From NCBI GenBank assembly GCA_963663805.2, contig CAXXMR010000013.1, positions 288,001 through 352,000 on the forward strand: a stretch of DNA of 64,000 nt, in the 5' to 3' direction. This document shows, in pieces, positions 57,182 through 64,000 of the stretch. Made by a program: the position numbers and the translations under genes. The notes under the pieces were generated by a model that saw only the letters and a list, made by a program, of their open reading frames with translations, was not told where the DNA came from and searched no databases. The DNA comes from Sedimentisphaerales bacterium. GTDB lineage: Bacteria; Planctomycetota; Phycisphaerae; Sedimentisphaerales; SM23-30. The first letter of the stretch is position 1. Each line of letters begins with the position of its first letter.

Positions 57182-59164
57182 TCAGCCGGTTTTTATTTCG
57201 GGGGCGGCCTTTAGTTCTTCTATCTGGTCACGCAATTTAGCGGCCTTTTCAAATTCCAGTTTTTCCGCCGCCTCGAGCATTTCCGCTTCGAGAATGCTTA
57301 GTAGTTCCTTGCGGTCATATTCGGCTTCGTCGTGGGTCAGAGCGTTGCGGGCTATACGTCGAGCCTGGAATTCCGTATCCAGACCGCTGCGAATGGCTTT
57401 GCGAACAGTCTCCGGCGTAATGCCGTGTTCCTCATTATATGCCTGCTGAATCTTGCGACGCCGCAAAGTTTCGTCCATGGCCCGCTGCATCGAGTTGGTG
57501 ATTTTATCCGCGTAAAGAATGACTAGTGCGTTTACATTACGGGCTGTTCGCCCGATGGTCTGGACCAGCGAAGTCTCACTACGCAGGAAACCTTCCTTGT
57601 CAGCATCCAGAATCGCCACCAGTGAAACTTCGGGCAAGTCAAGTCCCTCACGAAGCAAATTAACACCCACCAGGACATCAAATTCGCCCGCCCGCAGATT
57701 GCGAAGTATCTTTACCCGTTCCAGCGTATCAATTTCACTGTGCAAATATTCGCAGCGATACCCTTTTTCCTTTATGTACCTGCTCAAATCCTCCGCCAGC
57801 CTTTTGGTAAGCGTTGTAACCAACACCCGCTCGTTCACTTCCACCCGCTTGCCGATTTCACCCAGCAGATGAGGCACTTGCTGACGAGCCGATTCAACTT
57901 GAATCTTCGGGTCGATCAAACCGGTAGGCCTGATAACCTGTTCCACAACCTCGCCCTGACAGTGCTCCAGTTCATAAGGCCCCGGTGTTGCTGAAACAAA
58001 AACCACGTTTTTCCAAAGCGTCTCCAGCTCCTCAAACCGCAAAGGCCGGTTGTCCATCGCACTGGGCAGCCGAAAACCATGGTCCACCAGCACCGTTTTG
58101 CGACTGCGGTCGCCGGCGTACATTGCCTTCAATTGCGGCAGGGTAACATGCGATTCGTCGATAATCAGCAGAAAGTCGTCGGGGAAATAATCAATAAGCG
58201 TATAAGGCCTAGAACCAGCCGGTAAACCCGCCAGATGACGAGCGTAATTTTCAATGCCGCTGCAATAGCCAACTTCGCGAATCATCTCCATATCATAACG
58301 GGTCCGGGCGTTTAGTCGCTGGGCCTCCAGCAGTTTGCCCTGGCTGCGTAATTCCAGCAGACGCTTATCCAATTCTGTGGAAATTCCCGCCAGAGCGGAT
58401 TCTATCTGGTCCTCCGGCATGACATAATGTTGAGCGGGATAGATAAACATCTGGTTTTCTTCTGCCAGTATTTCACCGCTGGTAGGGTTGATAAGGGTGA
58501 TTTTTTCGATTTCGTCGCCGAACATCTCAATGCGAACCGCGAACTCCTCATAGGCGGGCCATAGCTCAATAACATCACCGCGAACCCGAAATTTGCCCCG
58601 GTCAAAACCGATGTCGTTCCGGTCGTAGCGAATATCACTAAGTCGGCCCAGCAGTTCATCCCGGTCGTGACTCATGCCAACCCGCAAGGGAACCACCAGA
58701 CGTTTATATTCGTCCGGCGAACCCAACCCGAAAATACAGCTTACCGACGCGACCACCACCGCATCAGCCCGACTCATCAGGCTGGTAGTGGTACTCAGCC
58801 GCAGGCGGTCCAGGTCGTCATTCCGCGACGCATCCTTTTCGATATATATATCACGCTGAGGAATATACGCTTCAGGCTGATAATAATCGTAATAACTGAC
58901 GAAATATTCCACCGCGTTTTTGGGCAGAATCTCCTTGAACTCCTCATAAAGCTGAGCCGCCAGGGTTTTATTATGGCTGATTATCAGAGCGGGTTTCTGA
59001 CAGCGGGCAATCACCTGGGCCATTGTGAAGGTCTTGCCGGAACCGGTAACGCCCATGAGGGTCTGATATTTTCGCTGGTTCTGTATCCCCTGATAAAGAG
59101 CTTCGATAGCCTGGGGCTGATCCCCGGCGGGCTGGAAGTTGCTGATAATCTCAAAATCTCTCAT
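57182..59164 (-). CDS. uvrB: Excinuclease ABC subunit B
   Basis: [23 protein letters not shown]-terminal UVR domain. Confidence 0.98.
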   Translation of the reverse strand: MRDFEIISNFQPAGDQPQAIEALYQGIQNQRKYQTLMGVTGSGKTFTMAQVIARCQKPALIISHNKTLAAQLYEEFKEILPKNAVEYFVSYYDYYQPEAYIPQRDIYIEKDASRNDDLDRLRLSTTTSLMSRADAVVVASVSCIFGLGSPDEYKRLVVPLRVGMSHDRDELLGRLSDIRYDRNDIGFDRGKFRVRGDVIELWPAYEEFAVRIEMFGDEIEKITLINPTSGEILAEENQMFIYPAQHYVMPEDQIESALAGISTELDKRLLELRSQGKLLEAQRLNARTRYDMEMIREVGYCSGIENYARHLAGLPAGSRPYTLIDYFPDDFLLIIDESHVTLPQLKAMYAGDRSRKTVLVDHGFRLPSAMDNRPLRFEELETLWKNVVFVSATPGPYELEHCQGEVVEQVIRPTGLIDPKIQVESARQQVPHLLGEIGKRVEVNERVLVTTLTKRLAEDLSRYIKEKGYRCEYLHSEIDTLERVKILRNLRAGEFDVLVGVNLLREGLDLPEVSLVAILDADKEGFLRSETSLVQTIGRTARNVNALVILYADKITNSMQRAMDETLRRRKIQQAYNEEHGITPETVRKAIRSGLDTEFQARRIARNALTHDEAEYDRKELLSILEAEMLEAAEKLEFEKAAKLRDQIEELKAAPEIKTG

Positions 59165-59566
59165 CGTTGTAAATCACCTGATAATCAAGTTTCCACAACA
59201 GTTGAACATGTAGCTCAACGGCAGGGGGGCATCCAAGGTTTTCAAACTCAATATTATAAGCTCCGATAACAAATGAGGCAATGATTGACCGGTATAATCT
59301 ATCCAGGGCCGACCAGTGAGTTATCGGTCGATGTGGTTGTGTATTTAAATTGTTTTATATTAAGGATTTATATTAATAATGCCAAAAAGCTTTTTTTTTT
59401 GGTTAATTTGTGAGGCTGAGGCGCCGATATGATTATTGCTAACAGCTTCATGGTAATAGCCGTCTGCGGTGGCACAGCCAAGAACACCGCTGGCGGCTAT
59501 GTTTTTGCGCATAAAAAACGCCTCACTCGAAAGCAAGGCGTTTGGGGGTTCTAAATATACCACGAT

Positions 59567-62500
59567 TTAACGTGCGTTGCTGTTGAGTGTGCCGAAGTTT
59601 TCTTCTTCACGCTCGGTTTGCAGAATGATGGTCGGCTTGACCAGAATCAGCATCACGGATTCATCTTCAACCTTTGAGCGGTTGTTGAACAGGCGATTAA
59701 TAATGGGCAGTTTGCTTAAGCCTGGTACGCCCATTTCTTTCTCAATCATGGCCGTGCGTTTCTGGCCGCCCAGCAGCAATGTGCCGCCGTCCGGTACCGA
59801 AACGTGGGTCGTGATATTGTTGATGGTCATTTCCGGCAGCTGGATAGTACCGGTCGCCACTGAGCTGCCGCGTTCGGTTCCGGTGCCTTCGACACCTTCA
59901 TTGAAGACGAAGTCTTTGATTGCCGAAACGCGTTCTTCATAAACTTCAATATTCAGCAGGACATACATTCTGTCTTCGGAAATGGTCGGGGTAATGACCA
60001 TGTCGATACCACTGAAGGCATAATCAGGATTGGGGTTGAAGATACCCACACCGCTGTCGGTTACCGCCTCAAGGTCAGCGACATAGGTGATTTCATCACC
60101 GAAACTCAAGTAGGCCTGTTCGCCGTTGATAACGGTAATGTGCGGTGCCAGCAGTGAGCGACTGCGTTGGCTGGCCTGGGTAGCCCGAATCAGGAAGTCA
60201 ACCTGAACATTGTCAAGGAACGAGCCCGATACGTTAAAGGCGTTAGGAACGCTGCCGCCGCCGAGTGAACCCGGCACCGAAGTAGCCGCCGGAGTGGTGA
60301 AGGACGATGAGTTCTGTTGGACCGGGAAGGGGGTCGTGCGATTATTGGGACCGGGATTGACCCGCGGGTCGAGTATCTGACGACCGGTTACGTCGTCAGT
60401 GGCACCGATACGATCATAGCCGGCGTTGTTAAGGTTCAGGTAGAAGTCTAAATCGACACCGATGTCTTCCAGGAAGTTACTGTTGATTACCAGGAAGCGG
60501 GTTTCGATGGATACCTGTTCGCCAAAGCCGCGGCGCAGTTCGTTGAGCAGGCTTTCGATTCTCTGATGTACTTCACGATTCTGGAACACCACCAGCGAGT
60601 TCTGCATGATTTCCAGAGTACCGTGGCCTTCGCCGGTCTGGGAGAATTCTTCCCAGCTTTCCGGTACGATGGTGGACTGAATCAGGTAAGTCAGGTCTTC
60701 GATTCTCTGCCAGTAGTCATCGCCACCGGAGCTACCGCCGCCGCCCCGACTGCTGCCGCCACCGCGACTGCTGCCACCCCCGCCCCGACTGCTGCCGCCG
60801 CTACTGCGACTGCTGCCGCCACCACTGCTGCGACTGCTGCCGCCGCTGCGACCACCGCTGCTGCCGCCGCGACTGCTGCCGCCCCCGCCGCGACTGCTGC
60901 CGCCCCCGCCGCTGTCGAGGACGCTATTGTCATAAGAGGAACGGGCACTGAGCAGGTCGCCGATATAATATACTCTCTGGAAATGGTCATAAGCCGTTCC
61001 CAGTTCGGTTTGCGTTTTGATAGTGATAACACCGTCCTGGTCAACTACATAGCCCAGACGGTCAAATTTGCCGCCAGAGGCATAATCCAGAATAGCTTCG
61101 ATAGCCTTGCCAGCAGAGATGTTCTCCAACTGAATACTGATGAGGTTGTCAGGATAAACTTCGTTGATTTCCAGGTCGGGCCAGGCCGGGAAAATATTCA
61201 AACCGGTTTCCTGCCGAAGCTGAGTGAGAACCTGCTGAAGTTCGACATCCAGATGGTCCAGACTTACTGTTAAGTCATCCAGAGCGGCATAGGTTTTTTT
61301 CTGGCGTTCGGTACCGGAGTAACGGTCCAAAGCGCTGGATTTTTTACGCTTTTCTTTCTTTTCCAGCCAGTCTTCCGGGAAAGTGTCGCTAGAGTAAGGA
61401 ATGGAAGATTCACGAGCGTTCTTGAGAATATTCAAAGACTCAGTTTCGATTTCTCTGGCGACCTCGGCCTGCTCCTGAAGATCCTGAAGGTCTTTCATAT
61501 GGTCCATCAGAAGTTTGGCTTGTTCATGTTTGGGGTCCAGGTCCAGCAAACGCTGTAAGGTGCTGACCGCCTGGTCGTATTCACGCGCCTGTTTGAAACT
61601 CAGAGCACGGGTAAAGAGTTCTTCGATTTTCCTTTGACGTGCGACATCTGCCCGCTGGCGACGTTCCATTTCTTCCTTGGCAGCCTTGGCAATCTGCTCT
61701 TTGAGAGCTTCTTCGCGGGCGGCGGTTTGTCTTTGCTCAACCATATCCAGAGCAGCGGAAGCTTCAGCTTTCATTTGTTCGTAGGATTCGTTGCCGAGCA
61801 GTTCTTTGGCACTGTCCAGCTGAGCCATAATCTGGCTGATTTCAGCACGGGCCTTATCGAACTGCTTTTCGCTGAGCAGGCGGCTGATATTGTCGCGAGA
61901 GGTGACAAAGGCCGCTTCGATGTACTGTTTCTGCACGCGTTCTTTGTTTTGCACTCTTTTCGATGATGGTGGGCTTGCCGGTGCTGCGGGCTTCCTGAGG
62001 CTGACGCAGGTTGAACTTAGCGGCTGCCAAACCCTGCTGGGCAACTTTGTTGTCCGGGTCGATAGCCAGGGCCTGGGAATAATATTCCTGGGCGAGCTTA
62101 AAGTTGTTTTTGCCCATTTCCAGATCGCCGTAAGCGAGCTGGGCATCGATTTTCTCCTGAAGCTCAGGGGTGATGACGGGCTCTTCATCTTTTTTGCCGA
62201 AAGGCCAGTCGGGAAGTTTGATTTTGGGAAGGATTGATTTTTTCTCGGTTGGCACCGGCTGGGCAGCCGCTACGACCTCAATATCATCCTCAGCGGCCCT
62301 GTTCGGCTTTTACCTCAGCGACCGCTTTTTCAGCGGCGGCAGTGGCCTGAGCCATCGCCTTGGCCTTAGCGGCATCAATTTTCTCAAGGAAACCTTCGGC
62401 GGTGGTCATGGTGCCCCGGTCGAAGAAATTCAGGGAGATGCCGCTGTCGACAACTTTCTTGAAGCTGGCTTCGGCGGCACCGTATTTTTTAGCTTTGTAG

Positions 62501-63075
62501 TCGGCCACGCCCTTTTTGAACAGGGCCTTGATTTCACCCTTAATGGCGTCCTGGGCGGATTCTACCGCAGCCAACTGGTCTTCAATGCGTTTGACTGTGG
62601 GCTCAGCCAGGTATTTCCGCAGGGCGTAGGCTCCTTTGAATGAAGCTTCTGCCGCGGGAAGGTTGCCCGCCTTGAGGCTGATAGAGCCGGAATCCAGCCC
62701 TTGACGAGCTTTTTGCTGAGCATCAATGCCAGCCTGGGCTTCGGCAGCGCAGCTTCCCAGACGCTTTTTCTGTTTGTCGGTCAACTGGGTATCAAGCTCG
62801 CGGCATCTTTCCACGGTTTCTTCGGCCAGATTATACTGTTGTCTAGCCAGTTGGGCTTCGGCAATGTCAAGCCAGTCATTGGCTTTTTTGCGTTGGGCCT
62901 GAATCGCGGCATCACTGCCGGTGTCGGCGGCAATAAGCTGGTTATTCTCAGCCCAGCTGCCCGCGGGCAAGCTGACGAGAATACCCCCGGCCAGGAGAAT
63001 TGTCAGGGTGATAAGATTTCTGTTCCGGCGGCACAGCGCCTTGCGATAGCCGTATAGCCTTGTGTGCTGCAGCAA
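59567..63075 (-). CDS. Large TPR-containing secretin (GspD/PilQ-like) split by two frameshifts
   Basis: C-terminal VPDGGTLLLGG...PGLSKLP; three ORF pieces join on removing one base near 62297-62299 and one near 61957-61960. Confidence 0.8.
60720..60915 (-). repeat. Coding Gly/Ser/Arg low-complexity repeat
   Basis: Repeated GGGSSR units in the secretin. Confidence 0.85.
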
Positions 63076-63523
63076 GGTAAGACTCCTTTACGATAGTGAC
63101 GAAGGCACGGATGTCCGATATCAGTACTGCTATCGTGCCTTCAGCGTGTATCAGTGCAGTTATTAAATCCCGTTTATGTGGTAAGCATCCGTGGCTGACC
63201 TGGGGCAGGTTACCCACATTTTCACAGCCATTATCAAGAGTGGTAGTCTATGGTAGAGGCAAGAGCTTGCAAACAAAAAAATTCGTACTGATAAAACAAG
63301 TTTTCCTGATTTTGGAAGGGGGGGCAAGTCTTGTTAAAAAAAGGGTTGCCGCGACAGGAGTCCGGGTGTGTGTAAAGACTTGCTCCTCAATATGTTGCGT
63401 CAGGTTGCCTGCCTGGTCGCCCAGGCTGGGTGGGGGATTGATAATTATGCTGCCGGCGAAAACACAAGTATTTATAGTCTTGTAGTTGCCAGTTTTTTTC
63501 CAACCGGCTATCATCTGGGCCTT

Positions 63524-64000
63524 ATGAGCGAGCACAACAACCGACAATCCCTGACAGCATTGGCACTGGAGACTTCAGGCCGTCTGGGCAGTGTGGCCTT
63601 GGGGCGGGAAGGTAACCTTATGGCTGAGCGTGAGTTCAGTGCCGACCGACGCCATGCTGGACAGCTTGTCCCGGCGGTGGCGGGTATTTGTGCCCAAAAC
63701 GGTGTTTTGCCCGTTGAGATAGACTGTATATTTGTTTCGGTCGGTCCGGGCAGCTTTACGGGGCTGAGAATCGCGGTTTCAGTCGCCAAAGCCCTGTCTT
63801 TTTGTCTGGATTGTCGCATTGTGGCGGTTCCCAGTATGGATGCTCTGGTTTTGAATGTGGATGATTGCGAGGGGGTTGATCGTATTTTGTGTGTTCGGGA
63901 TGCCCAAAAGCGGCATGTTTATGGGGCGATTTATGAGAGAGGGTCGGGCGTTTGTATCCCCGGTTGGCAGCAGAAGTTAGAAGCACAGCGAATCAAGCCG
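63524..64000 (+). CDS. tsaB: tRNA t6A biosynthesis protein TsaB (runs off the window end)
   Basis: LALETSG, GPGSFTGLRIA..AKAL; absent from the ORF track because it has no stop in the window. Confidence 0.92.
   Translation, partial: MSEHNNRQSLTALALETSGRLGSVALGREGNLMAEREFSADRRHAGQLVPAVAGICAQNGVLPVEIDCIFVSVGPGSFTGLRIAVSVAKALSFCLDCRIVAVPSMDALVLNVDDCEGVDRILCVRDAQKRHVYGAIYERGSGVCIPGWQQKLEAQRIKP

Noticed and set aside
60566..61273. Ala/Thr-rich and Ala/Val-rich ORFs
   Set aside because: Alternative frames of the secretin Gly/Ser repeat

Overview
Bacterial chromosome segment. PEP-CTERM proteins, a prepilin-type ORF, an ECF/anti-sigma pair and a giant secretin suggest Planctomycetota (inference). 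GC-richer housekeeping flanks are rpmA-obgE-coaX-mnmE-like-mutS on the left, and a phosphomannomutase, IS4, flgM, a DnaJ-class chaperone, birA, nadC, uvrB, the secretin and tsaB on the right. Between them lies a visibly AT-rich island of about 35.6 kb integrated at tRNA-Glu(CTC), bounded by a 21-bp att core at 9416-9436 and 45049-45069, with a tyrosine integrase at 43518-44912. The island carries a type I R-M locus with an embedded RloC-like zinc-hook ATPase, a SEFIR/TIR-APAZ plus short Argonaute operon, a DUF3102-like/MTase fusion, a divergent sigma-like factor, small unknown genes, two RuvB-like genes, a Zn-ribbon membrane protein array, HipBST, Xer-like recombinases and orphan Rhs toxin/immunity cassettes. 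Strongest unannotated signals: (i) six copies of a bipartite motif, consensus CCACCAGAAT-N16-TATA with invariant spacing, mostly ahead of island genes (candidate regulon of the island's own sigma factor); (ii) a ~200-nt multi-hairpin ncRNA candidate at 24847-25046 with its own promoter and terminator; (iii) the SEFIR-APAZ/short pAgo pair. Several frameshifts fall in homopolymer runs and may be assembly errors. All family calls come from visual motif recognition; no database searches were run.
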